From a virus (lineage: Duplodnaviria > Caudoviricetes), in the IMG/VR virus record IMGVR_UViG_3300022912_000005, positions 1-64,000 of that record: DNA of 64,000 nt, one strand, 5' to 3'. The notes beneath the pieces are model-generated. The model had not been told where the DNA came from. It searched no databases and saw nothing but the letters and a program-made list of their open reading frames with translations. Below, one piece after another: positions 20,779-30,155 of this stretch (its first letter is position 1; each line of letters opens with the position of its first letter). A program made the position numbers and the translations under genes.

Positions 20779-21057
20779 ATGAAAAAACATAAGAAAAGAA
20801 ATCACAATCATAACAACAACAGACGAAAGAAACAAACTATGGAGTTCACTGGATTGTCTGTACATGTATACAATGGCAATATCAGTAGGGCATTGAGTGA
20901 TTTTAAGCGAATGGTAAAAGAGAGTGGACTGATGATTGATATTAAGAAAAAATCATACTATAAAAAGAAATCTGAGAAACTTAGAGAATTACGAAATTAC
21001 GGAAAACTAAAGGAAAAATATAGAGCAATCAAAGAAAAGAATGCTACTGATTATTAA
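20779..21057 (+). CDS. rpsU: Phage-encoded ribosomal protein bS21 homologue
   Basis: VHVYNGNISRALSDFKRMVKESGLMIDIKKKSYYKKKSEKLR matches the bS21 pattern V...IE.AL..FKR......L.E.R.R.YY.KPSE. Confidence 0.75.
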   Translation: MKKHKKRNHNHNNNRRKKQTMEFTGLSVHVYNGNISRALSDFKRMVKESGLMIDIKKKSYYKKKSEKLRELRNYGKLKEKYRAIKEKNATDY

Positions 21058-21072
21058 TTGGAGATATAGAAA

Positions 21073-21810
21073 ATGAAATTAGTAGAATCGAAATTAAGAA
21101 AACTCATTCGAGAAGAAATTCAAAGACTGAATGAAAAAATTGAAGGTGGACAAAGTGCTGGGACATTGGAAATAGCTTCTACAAAACCTGATACTGCTCG
21201 TGCGTTTGCAAAGAAAAAGGGTTGGGATATTAGTGAAATTACCAACTTTGATAAGAATTTTAACTTTGCGGCAAAAAAAGCATCGTTGGGTAAAACAAAA
21301 CGTAAAGATATGCCCGTTATTAATGATAATGATGTAAAAGAATTTCAACGTAAATTGGAAAAGGGATATATTGATGTTGTTAAACCATTTTCTAAAACTT
21401 TTAGTGGAAAGAACCCATTTCCAAGTGGATTAAAAGGTGGAGAGGCTCGTGATTTTTTAGAGCGTGGATTAAAAGATGGTGAAAAAAGTGATGATGTGAT
21501 TAGTGTATCTATAAGACAGGTATCAGCAAAAAAATTAAAACCAATTCAAAAGCAAATATATTTTAGTAAAATAGTAGAACCAATGAAAAAATTTGGTGTT
21601 AAAGGATCAACAAAATTTTTAGTATCTCAGACATTTTTTATTGCAAGTGAGGATTTGTATATAATAGATGGACATCACAGATGGTTATCTGCTTTATTAA
21701 TGAACCCTGATATGAAAGTGAATGTATTGACAATTGATTTACCGATAAGAAAATTATTACCATTATCAATTGCATATGGAGATTCAATTGGAAATTCCAG
21801 AAATGGTTAG
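21073..21810 (+). CDS. Leader-family protein with ParB/Srx-like domain
   Basis: MKLVESKLRKLIREEIQRLNE; LKPIQKQI and YIIDGHHRW motifs. Confidence 0.8.
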   Translation: MKLVESKLRKLIREEIQRLNEKIEGGQSAGTLEIASTKPDTARAFAKKKGWDISEITNFDKNFNFAAKKASLGKTKRKDMPVINDNDVKEFQRKLEKGYIDVVKPFSKTFSGKNPFPSGLKGGEARDFLERGLKDGEKSDDVISVSIRQVSAKKLKPIQKQIYFSKIVEPMKKFGVKGSTKFLVSQTFFIASEDLYIIDGHHRWLSALLMNPDMKVNVLTIDLPIRKLLPLSIAYGDSIGNSRNG

Positions 21811-22176
21811 GTGATAAAATTAAAGAATATATTATTAAATGAAGCATCAACAATAGCATGTGGTGAATGTGTATCTTATGCATTTAAAACTGCATATAAA
21901 AATCTTGGTAGTAAAAAGATCAAAATAGTATATGGTACAGTTCAAAATGAATGGATTAGTAAAGGTAAGCGATATAAACATGCATGGGTTGTTGATGGTA
22001 ATATAGTAAAAGATTGGCAAATGATGGTATTGGGTATGACAAAATGGGCGAAAAAAGGAATGCCAATTAAAGAATTTAATAAATTTTGGAATCCAAAAGA
22101 TATGAAAACATTTACACCAGATGAGGCTATGGAAAACTTCGCACGAACACAATCACAATTGGGTTGGGATTGGTAA
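21811..22176 (+). CDS. Short-leader protein with Cys...HAW motif (papain/transglutaminase-like)
   Basis: MIKLKNILLNE; CGEC, VYG, KHAWV, D. Confidence 0.6.
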   Translation: MIKLKNILLNEASTIACGECVSYAFKTAYKNLGSKKIKIVYGTVQNEWISKGKRYKHAWVVDGNIVKDWQMMVLGMTKWAKKGMPIKEFNKFWNPKDMKTFTPDEAMENFARTQSQLGWDW

Positions 22177-22182
22177 TTTAAA

Positions 22183-22653
22183 ATGATAAAGATTGATGTG
22201 AAAATTGGTGACACAATTCTTATGGGAAAGTGGAAAAATAAAAAAGTAGTAATAAAAACTATATCAGAAGATGAGCATGGAATGCCAACGATAAATGGTA
22301 AAAAAATAGTGACGTTTCGCATACCAAAAACAGAAGAAGTTAAGGAAAATAAAAATATGAAATTAACAGAATCAAGATTAAGAAAATTAATTAAAGAAGA
22401 AATTCAAAAGTTGAATGATTCTTATAATGGTGATATATTTTCACACAATCCCGATACTGTTGAAGATGCTAAATCAGAATTGAGATTATTATTAAAAAAG
22501 AAAATGACAGTTGATGATGCAATGAATAAATTACCATTTTCTGATGATGGATTATGGGATGAACTTGATGATGTCAAGTATGGCTCTAATCCAAATGTTG
22601 ATGTTAGATCAATAATAAAAAGAAGATTGGAAAAGTTAGGAATAAAATTATGA
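22183..22653 (+). CDS. Small beta-domain protein fused in frame to a leader cassette (Met at 22357)
   Basis: Internal MKLTESRLRKLIKEEIQKLND with AAGGA upstream. Confidence 0.75.
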   Translation: MIKIDVKIGDTILMGKWKNKKVVIKTISEDEHGMPTINGKKIVTFRIPKTEEVKENKNMKLTESRLRKLIKEEIQKLNDSYNGDIFSHNPDTVEDAKSELRLLLKKKMTVDDAMNKLPFSDDGLWDELDDVKYGSNPNVDVRSIIKRRLEKLGIKL

Positions 22654-22952
22654 AATTAACAGAATCAAGATTAAGAAAAATTATTAAAGAAGAAATTCAA
22701 AAATTGAATTTAGTAGAAAAATTGGATATGTCGGGGATTTCATTAGATCCGACATTTTTATATAAATTGTTGAGTAGACTGCAACAAGATTGTGAATATT
22801 ATTTAGGGTTTGGAGGTCGAAGTATCAGAAACCTTTGGGGTGGAAAAGACCATATAAAATATATGTATGCAATTCATGATAAATTGAAGAAAAAACCAGA
22901 GTGGTTGTCTCTTAATGATATTAAAAAATATGAAAAGGATATGAAACTGTAA
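22650..22952 (+). CDS. Leader-family protein with LPD11-like domain
   Basis: Leader + YKLLSRLQQDCEYYLG...LW...KPEWLSLNDIKKYE, resembling large polyvalent protein domain 11. Confidence 0.75.
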   Translation: MKLTESRLRKIIKEEIQKLNLVEKLDMSGISLDPTFLYKLLSRLQQDCEYYLGFGGRSIRNLWGGKDHIKYMYAIHDKLKKKPEWLSLNDIKKYEKDMKL

Positions 22953-22966
22953 TTGGAGGTAATAAT

Positions 22967-23305
22967 ATGAAATTAACAGAATCAAGATTAAGAAAAATTA
23001 TTAAAGAAGAAATTCAAAAGTTGAATGAAAAATATGATCTGGATTATAAACCACCAAAACCAAAAGCTGATATTCTCAAATCATTAAAGGTTAAGAATCC
23101 AGACACTGAAGTTTTTGATACCTTCATGGATGGTTGGAATAATAAGCGTCATGGGTATACAAATGTGGATAAAAATTGGGCATGGCAGTTAGGTTGGCAT
23201 TACAAAGGATTACAACGTACGGAGCATAGAGGTAATAAATTTGATATAGCTCAATCACGAAAAAATGTCAATAGTATTAAATTGAAATTGAATAAAACTA
23301 GATAA
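22967..23305 (+). CDS. Leader-family protein
   Basis: MKLTESRLRKIIKEEIQKLNE; GGAGG RBS. Confidence 0.85.
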   Translation: MKLTESRLRKIIKEEIQKLNEKYDLDYKPPKPKADILKSLKVKNPDTEVFDTFMDGWNNKRHGYTNVDKNWAWQLGWHYKGLQRTEHRGNKFDIAQSRKNVNSIKLKLNKTR

Positions 23306-23316
23306 GAGGTATATAT

Positions 23317-23589
23317 ATGAAATTAACAGAATCAAGATTAAGAAAACTTATCAAAGAAGAAATTCAAAAATTGAATGAAGAAGTGAAAATGTCAGATGTA
23401 TTGATGAAAGTGAAATCTATTGTGGATAATCATCAAGCACAAAAGATAAATGGAGTATTAGTAGATGCTCAAACAGCTAACGGAATTATGTTGGTGTGGA
23501 ATAAAGTCAAAGACCCAATGAAGGTAAAATTAAATAAATTAAAAATAAATCAACTTGCAAATTTATATTGGAGTATGGTAAAGAAATAA
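23317..23589 (+). CDS. Leader-family protein
   Basis: MKLTESRLRKLIKEEIQKLNE; GAGG RBS. Confidence 0.85.
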   Translation: MKLTESRLRKLIKEEIQKLNEEVKMSDVLMKVKSIVDNHQAQKINGVLVDAQTANGIMLVWNKVKDPMKVKLNKLKINQLANLYWSMVKK

Positions 23590-23590
23590 A

Positions 23591-23911
23591 ATGGCAGGCG
23601 ATTGTTATCAAGCTAACTGTAATCACATATTATATACTGATTCAAATAAGAAGTATTTATTATGTCATGGTGTTGCCATATTACAAACAGATGGAAAACC
23701 ATTTGGTCATTGTTGGTTAGAGGTAGGCGATAAGGTTGAAGACTATAGTAATGGTAACGAATTTAGTATATCTAAAGATTTATATTATAGATTGGGTGGA
23801 ATTCCAGTTAAAGGATACGCTAAAATTTATAAATATACAAAAGAAGAAGCACGAAAGAAAATAGTAGAAACTGGAGTTTGGGGACCTTGGGAATCGAAAC
23901 CACCAAGATAA
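23591..23911 (+). CDS. Cys...HCW motif protein (papain/transglutaminase-like), no leader
   Basis: GDCYQ, LCHG, GHCWLE, D. Confidence 0.6.
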   Translation: MAGDCYQANCNHILYTDSNKKYLLCHGVAILQTDGKPFGHCWLEVGDKVEDYSNGNEFSISKDLYYRLGGIPVKGYAKIYKYTKEEARKKIVETGVWGPWESKPPR

Positions 23912-23918
23912 ATAAATT

Positions 23919-24803
23919 ATGAAAAATATATTCAATATAACAAAACAAAGTCAAATAGGTAAAAAACGTCAAAAAGTGAGTAAGTCAGATAAGGATAAAT
24001 TATTTAGTTTGGATGAAAAAGCTAAACGTGATTATAAAGATGAATATAAGAAATTTCAATCATCTGATAAATCAAAGAAATATAGAGCTGAATTAAATAA
24101 ATATAACAGAGATAAAGGCACGTATGGAAATGGTGACTGTAAAGATGCATCACATAAAAAAGGAAAAATAACAGGATTTGAAGCAGAGTCTAAAAATCGT
24201 GGTAGACGAGAAAAAAGTAGACTAAAAAAAGAGTCAAAAATGAATTTTATAGAATCAGAATTAAAAGAATTTGTTAAATATATGAATGGTTTTTATGGGC
24301 CAAAAGGAGTTTATCCAGATAAAAAGAAAAGAATTCTAAAAGTGAACGATATAAAAGCGGCGTATTCAGTATTATTAAAAAAGAAACCAAATTTTGAAAT
24401 TGGATATGATTCAGTTGATAGAGAAATGTTAAGAGATATTTTAATTAGGATGGGAAAGCTTGACCCTGAGTATAATAAAGGTCGGTCAACCAAAGGTAGA
24501 AATGAATCAACAGTGAAAATTACAGAGTCAAAATTGAGAAAATTTATTAAAGAAGAAATTCAAAAATTGAACCAAACTGCTGACCCAAAAGCTGTACTAC
24601 GAGATATAAGAGCCGTTACAAAGAAATTAGACGCATCGTGGAAAAGGAGAGGACCCCATCAACTTTTTGGACAAAAAGAAATTAGAGCATTAACATCTAG
24701 ATATATTGATCCGTCTGATAATTCAAAAGGAATGAAGCAAATTCGAGCTATGATAAAGGACCTTGATCGTTGGGTATCGGAATATAAGTGGATGAACAGC
24801 TAA
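23919..24803 (+). CDS. Multi-module protein with internal leader-like junctions
   Basis: RDYKDEY...GDCKDASH module; MNFIESELKEFVK at 24240; VKITESKLRKFIKEEIQKLNQ at 24513. Confidence 0.7.
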   Translation: MKNIFNITKQSQIGKKRQKVSKSDKDKLFSLDEKAKRDYKDEYKKFQSSDKSKKYRAELNKYNRDKGTYGNGDCKDASHKKGKITGFEAESKNRGRREKSRLKKESKMNFIESELKEFVKYMNGFYGPKGVYPDKKKRILKVNDIKAAYSVLLKKKPNFEIGYDSVDREMLRDILIRMGKLDPEYNKGRSTKGRNESTVKITESKLRKFIKEEIQKLNQTADPKAVLRDIRAVTKKLDASWKRRGPHQLFGQKEIRALTSRYIDPSDNSKGMKQIRAMIKDLDRWVSEYKWMNS

Positions 24804-24921
24804 AAAGAACTTTAAAAAGATATTTCCTAAAAGTGAATTTCCAAATAACGTAACATAATAGTGGTTATTTAACAAAAATGAAAATAAAATGAATTATTTC
24901 ATTCAAAAAAATTAAGTAGTA

Positions 24922-24930
24922 TATATTTAT
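24922..24930 (+). promoter_or_regulatory. TATATTTAT promoter-like motif upstream of scaffold-capsid operon
   Basis: Recurrent motif preceded by AAGT. Confidence 0.6.
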
Positions 24931-25052
24931 TAATATACAATAAAATACACCGTTGTACCTTATACGGTGTCTAAAGACATAAAAACATACCATTACAATC
25001 CAACCGAATGATTGTACTTCCAAGATATATAAAGAATCAGGAGAACACGAAT

Positions 25053-26033
25053 ATGAGTGACATATTAAAGGAAGCAATCGCCGATGCAAAATCAATAAAA
25101 GCCGTTGCTTTAGAAAACGCAAAGATGCAATTACAAGAAGCATTTGAACCACACTTACGATCTATCTTATCAACTAAATTGAGAGAAGAAGATGACGATG
25201 AAGATTATGAAGATGAAATGGGTGATGAGGATGAAGATGAGGAATCATTCGACGAAGATGTTGACGAGGACGTTGATGAAGAAGTTGATGAAGAAGTTGA
25301 CGAAGAAGTTGATGAAGAAGTTGATGAAGACATTGATGAAGACATCGATGAAGATGCTGATGAAGACATTAATGAAGAAGATGACGAAGAATATTCCGAT
25401 GACGATGAATTAGATGCTGAAATCGATAATGTAAATGCAGACTTAGATGATGAAGAAGAAGTTGATGAGGACATTAATGAAGAAGAAGACGAAGATGAAT
25501 ATTCTGACGATGACGAAGATGAAGAAGAATATGATATTGACGAAAACTTATTCAAAGAAGAAGATGACGAAGATATGGATTATTCCGATGACGATGAAGA
25601 AGATGACGAAGAAGAACTTGAAGAGCTTAAAACTAAATACACTGAATTAGAATCTGAATTAGAAGAACATAAGGAAGCTGTTGTATTCTTAAAAGATAAA
25701 TTGCATGAGATTAACATGTTGAATGCAAAACTTTTATATACTAACAAAGTATTTCAAATGTTTAATTTGGATAAAGATTCAAAAATGCAAGTTGTTGAAA
25801 CGTTCGATAGAACAAATACAACTCGTGAGATTAAGTTAGCATATTCAGTATTGTTAGAATCGTATAAGAAAAATACATCTATCGATAGAAAGAAATCTTT
25901 GAAAGAACATGTACTTCCAGGTGGATCATCTAGAAAAACAAAATCTACAAAATCTAAAAAAAGTGAAGAAATAATTAACGAAACATCAGAGATAGCTAAA
26001 AGATTTAAAAAGCTAGCTGGTATTATTAGTTAA
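25053..26033 (+). CDS. Prohead scaffold / core protein (gp22-like position)
   Basis: MSDILKEAIADAK start with AGGAG RBS; very acidic centre; coiled coil; immediately before major capsid gene. Confidence 0.8.
   Translation: MSDILKEAIADAKSIKAVALENAKMQLQEAFEPHLRSILSTKLREEDDDEDYEDEMGDEDEDEESFDEDVDEDVDEEVDEEVDEEVDEEVDEDIDEDIDEDADEDINEEDDEEYSDDDELDAEIDNVNADLDDEEEVDEDINEEEDEDEYSDDDEDEEEYDIDENLFKEEDDEDMDYSDDDEEDDEEELEELKTKYTELESELEEHKEAVVFLKDKLHEINMLNAKLLYTNKVFQMFNLDKDSKMQVVETFDRTNTTREIKLAYSVLLESYKKNTSIDRKKSLKEHVLPGGSSRKTKSTKSKKSEEIINETSEIAKRFKKLAGIIS
25248..25380 (+). repeat. Degenerate 12-bp tandem repeat encoding (V/I)DE(E/D)
   Basis: gttgatgaagaa-type units, about 10 copies. Confidence 0.8.
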
Positions 26034-26059
26034 AAATATAACAAACGGAGAAAATTGTA

Positions 26060-27682
26060 ATGAGACAACAATTAAATGAAGCTTTAAAAGGCTTAACAGA
26101 AACACGAAAAATGGTTGATGTTGCACGAGAATTGGTTGACAAATGGGATGGTTATGGACTATTAGAGGGTCTAAAATCTGATTATGACAAATCAAGCATG
26201 GCTGTATTACTTGAAAATCAAGCGAAACAGTTAGTACAAGAAGCAACTTCAACAGGAACATCGGCTAATTCAGAAGAATGGTCAGGTGTAGCATTACCAT
26301 TGGTACGAAGAATCTTTAGTGACATTGCGGCACAGGATTTTGTATCAGTACAACCGATGAACTTACCATCTGGATTGGTATTCTACTTAGATTTCAAATA
26401 TGGAAATACTGTAGGTAACATCACAGCAGATCAATCTTTTTATGGTAAAACTGGACCTAATACTCCATCAGGATCAAGTGCCCCTTACGGTGTAAATGGT
26501 TTATATGGTGTTGGTAGATATGGATACACTGTATCTCAATCATCACTTACAATAACAACATTAACAACTGCATCTGCGGCTGATGGTGTTGATGATTGGA
26601 ATTATGATACTGAAGTATCTCAATCTAATGCGATTGCCGCTGGTGGAAACTGGTGGAAGGTTGCTATACCAAAATCATCATTTCCACGAGCTGATGAAAA
26701 AGCTATTAGAGCGTACAATGTACAAACAACTGGAAACATTAAAGGATCATTATCACAGTTCCATGCGATATCAGGAAACAACTTTGTATTCTTTGTATCT
26801 GGAGCATCTGGTGATGCAGTAACTGCTAGTTTAAGTATTGATTACTTGAAACAACCTACTGACATTACAAGAGGTGATTTTGAATCTACTGGTACAGCAA
26901 ACAATCCTGAAACGGATATTGCAATTCCAGAGATCAATCTTGAGTTAAAATCTCAAACGATCATTGCTAAAACTAGAAAGTTGAAAGCTGTATGGACACC
27001 AGAAATTGCACAAGATTTAACAGCATATCACGCTGTTGATGCTGAAGCTGAATTAACTTCTATCTTGAGTGAATACATCTCAATGGAAATTGATTTGGAA
27101 ATAATTGATATGTTATTGCTTGACGCTGTAACAGTTGATTATTGGTCAGCTAAAGTTGGTTACGATTGGGTATCTAGTTCAAGTACATTTGCTGGTGATT
27201 CAGTATCACAAGCGGCATATGCTTACACGAAAGCCGAATGGTATCAAACTCTTGGACAACGAATTCAAAGAGTGTCAAACAACATTCATAAATTAACATT
27301 ACGTGGTGGTGCAAACTTCTTAGTATGTTCTCCAACTGTTGCAACAGTTATCGAATCTATTCCAGGATTCCATGCTGATACAGATGGTACAAAAGAACAA
27401 TTCGCTATGGGTGTATCAGCAATTGGTGCATTGAAAAACAGATGGACTGTTTATAAGAATCCTTATATGACAGAGAATGCTATATTGGTTGGATTTAGAG
27501 GAAGTAATTTCTTTGAAACTGGAGCTGTATATGCACCATATGTGCCATTGTTAATGTCACCACTAGTTTATGATCCTAAGAACTTCACACCAAGAAAAGG
27601 TGTGATGACAAGATATGCTAAGAAAATGGTTCGACCAGAATTCTATGGTAAAATCTTCTGTCATGGACTAGAAACTGTATAA
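26060..27682 (+). CDS. Major capsid protein (T4 gp23-like)
   Basis: LLENQ, LVRR, VQPMNLPSGLVFYL, AKTRKLKAVWTPEIAQDL, YAPYVPL and FTPRKGVMTRY motifs. Confidence 0.97.
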   Translation: MRQQLNEALKGLTETRKMVDVARELVDKWDGYGLLEGLKSDYDKSSMAVLLENQAKQLVQEATSTGTSANSEEWSGVALPLVRRIFSDIAAQDFVSVQPMNLPSGLVFYLDFKYGNTVGNITADQSFYGKTGPNTPSGSSAPYGVNGLYGVGRYGYTVSQSSLTITTLTTASAADGVDDWNYDTEVSQSNAIAAGGNWWKVAIPKSSFPRADEKAIRAYNVQTTGNIKGSLSQFHAISGNNFVFFVSGASGDAVTASLSIDYLKQPTDITRGDFESTGTANNPETDIAIPEINLELKSQTIIAKTRKLKAVWTPEIAQDLTAYHAVDAEAELTSILSEYISMEIDLEIIDMLLLDAVTVDYWSAKVGYDWVSSSSTFAGDSVSQAAYAYTKAEWYQTLGQRIQRVSNNIHKLTLRGGANFLVCSPTVATVIESIPGFHADTDGTKEQFAMGVSAIGALKNRWTVYKNPYMTENAILVGFRGSNFFETGAVYAPYVPLLMSPLVYDPKNFTPRKGVMTRYAKKMVRPEFYGKIFCHGLETV

Positions 27683-27724
27683 TAATAACACTTATATAGT
27701 TGGTTAGTTAATCTGAAATAAACC

Positions 27725-27758
27725 AAAAAGGGAGCTATTAACGTAGTTCCCTTTTTTT
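27725..27758 (+). terminator. Rho-independent terminator after major capsid gene
   Basis: aaaaagggagcta-loop-tagttcccttttttt hairpin with U tract. Confidence 0.85.
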
Positions 27759-27800
27759 ATATGAAGAAAAACAAAAAAAAATGAAAAAAAGTGAAAAAAG

Positions 27801-27832
27801 TTGTTGTTTTAATGTTTTTATTCTATATTTAT
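27801..27832 (+). promoter_or_regulatory. TTGTTG-N17-TATATTTAT promoter
   Basis: Same architecture and spacing as at 49697-49728. Confidence 0.6.
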
Positions 27833-27878
27833 ATATATATTGTATTTTCTATATAATTAACCAATCGGAGCATATTAA

Positions 27879-28238
27879 ATGAAACTAAAAGATATTGTAA
27901 TAGGAGAATTTCAAGAATTGGATGAAGCCATCTCAAAAGAGGAGTGGCAGGGTTATGTTGAATATGGTAAACAATTGAAGACTTATTTGTCTTCACATGA
28001 TTTACGTGGATTGAAATTAAAAGTTAAGGTGATTAAATCAACAAGACCAAATCCGTGGATTGATGTTAGTTTAGTGAATTGGAAAGATGAAACGATACCA
28101 AATGAATTTAGAGTTAAAGTAGCAAAATCAATGTCAGCGTCAGGTGTTAGGGATTGGGATAATGTGCAATATGGTAATATAAGACCCAATTCAATATCAT
28201 TACTGCATAGTCAATGGAAAAAATTATTACATATATAA
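27879..28238 (+). CDS. Short-leader protein
   Basis: MKLKDIVIGEFQELDE; ggagcatattaa RBS region shared with next gene. Confidence 0.75.
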   Translation: MKLKDIVIGEFQELDEAISKEEWQGYVEYGKQLKTYLSSHDLRGLKLKVKVIKSTRPNPWIDVSLVNWKDETIPNEFRVKVAKSMSASGVRDWDNVQYGNIRPNSISLLHSQWKKLLHI

Positions 28239-28252
28239 TTGGAGCATATTAA

Positions 28253-28576
28253 ATGAAACTTACAGAATCGAAATTAAGACAGATTATTAAGGAAGAAATT
28301 CAGTTGTTGAAAGAGGCATTGACACCTAAAGATAAAAAAGTAATAGAAGCATTTTATTATAAAAAATCATTAAGTGGTAAATTATTAACAACGGATGGTA
28401 AATTATTAGAAAAGATGGGAATGGGTGGAATGGATATGGCACATTGGGAAGGACATGATATTGTAATAACAGCAAAATCTGATGTAGCTTCTACCGATTC
28501 AATATTACGATATATGAAGAAATTCATACCAAAGAATAATTTTTCAAGTAAAACACCAATATCAAATTATATTTAA
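28253..28576 (+). CDS. Leader-family protein
   Basis: MKLTESKLRQIIKEEIQLLKE. Confidence 0.85.
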   Translation: MKLTESKLRQIIKEEIQLLKEALTPKDKKVIEAFYYKKSLSGKLLTTDGKLLEKMGMGGMDMAHWEGHDIVITAKSDVASTDSILRYMKKFIPKNNFSSKTPISNYI

Positions 28577-28590
28577 GAATTAAATAAACA

Positions 28591-29829
28591 ATGTCAGACA
28601 CAAATACAAAATTCGCATATAGATATGCAGACCCAACAATAACAACATCAGCACAAGATGATACACCATTTTTAATATATAATACTGATCAAACATTCTT
28701 GTCAGAGAGTGTTGATGTGTGTAAATGGACTGCAAGACGATTAGGATTTCCAGTTATGGAAATTGAGATGCCAAGTTCATCAATTTACGCATGTTTTGAA
28801 GAAGCTATATCAGAATATTCACTACATATAAATAATTATAATATTAGAAATTGGATGTGGGACTCATATGGATCAGAAGATAGAATATCAGGATCATTAG
28901 GAACTGAAGTAAAAGAACCACATAATCCAAATATGGGTATGACAATAACATTATCAGAACAATATGGACAAGCGATTGGTATTGGTGGTAATATTGATAT
29001 GAAACGTGGATATATAACATTGGTCAATGGTGAACAAGATTATAATTTGCAAACATTATGGGCAAATGTATCAGAGTCATCTGGTAGATTAATGATTCAT
29101 AGAGTATTTAATGATGGTATGGCATCTATGACACGATATTATGATCCATATGGTGGTAACTATGATCAAAGACAGATGCTTGATATGTATGGATTTGGTG
29201 GATCATCACCAGCTGTTAGTTTTGTAATGAGACCTATATCATATGACATCATAAGAGCACAATCAATTGAAATAAATGATAAAGTAAGAAAATCAGCATA
29301 TTCATTTGAAATCACAAACAACAATTTAAGAATATTTCCATTACCAACAACTGGTGATTCAGGAAGTAAAATATGGTTTGAATATTATCTAAAATCAGAT
29401 ATGCAAACTACAACATCATCAGCAACAACTGGTAAAACAAGTAATCCATCAAATGCACCATATAAGTTTATTACATATAATTCAATAAATGCATCAGGTA
29501 GACAATGGATTAGAAAATATACATTAGCATTATCAAAAGAATTATTGGGAATCATAAGAAGTAAATATTCAGCAATTCCAATCCCAGATCAAGAATTACA
29601 ATTAGATGGTGAATCATTGAAAGCTGAGGGTAGAGAAGAGAAGTCAGATTTAGCAGAAGAACTAAAAGAATTTTTAGAATCAGTATCTTTGAATGAAAAA
29701 GCACGAAAAGAAGCTGAAGACGCAGAAGCACTACAACAGATCATGAATAAAATTCCACTTTTGATGTATGTAGACGGGTTCATACCATTTATATTTTTAT
29801 ATAATTTTCTTGATTGGGGTGCATTGTAA
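28591..29829 (+). CDS. Neck protein (T4 gp13-like)
   Basis: RRLGFPVMEIE, WIRKYTLALSKELLGIIRSKY and LDGESLKAEG motifs. Confidence 0.85.
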   Translation: MSDTNTKFAYRYADPTITTSAQDDTPFLIYNTDQTFLSESVDVCKWTARRLGFPVMEIEMPSSSIYACFEEAISEYSLHINNYNIRNWMWDSYGSEDRISGSLGTEVKEPHNPNMGMTITLSEQYGQAIGIGGNIDMKRGYITLVNGEQDYNLQTLWANVSESSGRLMIHRVFNDGMASMTRYYDPYGGNYDQRQMLDMYGFGGSSPAVSFVMRPISYDIIRAQSIEINDKVRKSAYSFEITNNNLRIFPLPTTGDSGSKIWFEYYLKSDMQTTTSSATTGKTSNPSNAPYKFITYNSINASGRQWIRKYTLALSKELLGIIRSKYSAIPIPDQELQLDGESLKAEGREEKSDLAEELKEFLESVSLNEKARKEAEDAEALQQIMNKIPLLMYVDGFIPFIFLYNFLDWGAL

Positions 29830-29902
29830 TGATAGATAATAATAATATAGCAGAATTGCATAATTTGAAACTTGAAAGAATTCGAGTTTAGGAGAACAAA
29901 AA

Positions 29903-30154
29903 ATGAAACTAACAGAATCAAAATTAAAAGAGATAATCAAAGAAGAACTTGAAAAGTTGAATGAGATAATTCCAAAATTACGATTGAAATCTGGAATGAA
30001 AGAATTGGGTGAAATTTATGGAAAATTAGAGGACATAGTACCACCAACTAATATATCAGATGGGGAGCGTAAAAAATTCAATACTGCAATAAAAAACGCA
30101 CAAAAGTCTGTCAGTGAGGTATCACGTATAATTAGAGGTGTTAAATCGTATTAA
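29903..30154 (+). CDS. Leader-family protein
   Basis: MKLTESKLKEIIKEELEKLNE; AGGAG RBS. Confidence 0.85.
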   Translation: MKLTESKLKEIIKEELEKLNEIIPKLRLKSGMKELGEIYGKLEDIVPPTNISDGERKKFNTAIKNAQKSVSEVSRIIRGVKSY

Positions 30155-30155
30155 T

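Noticed and set aside
25192-25650. Poly-Ser minus-strand ORF and Met/Lys-rich alternative-frame ORFs
   Set aside because: Shadows of the GAA/GAT-rich acidic scaffold tract
29760-29829. Hydrophobic C-terminal extension on the gp13-like neck protein
   Set aside because: Could be simple stop-codon drift; nothing in the sequence supports a function
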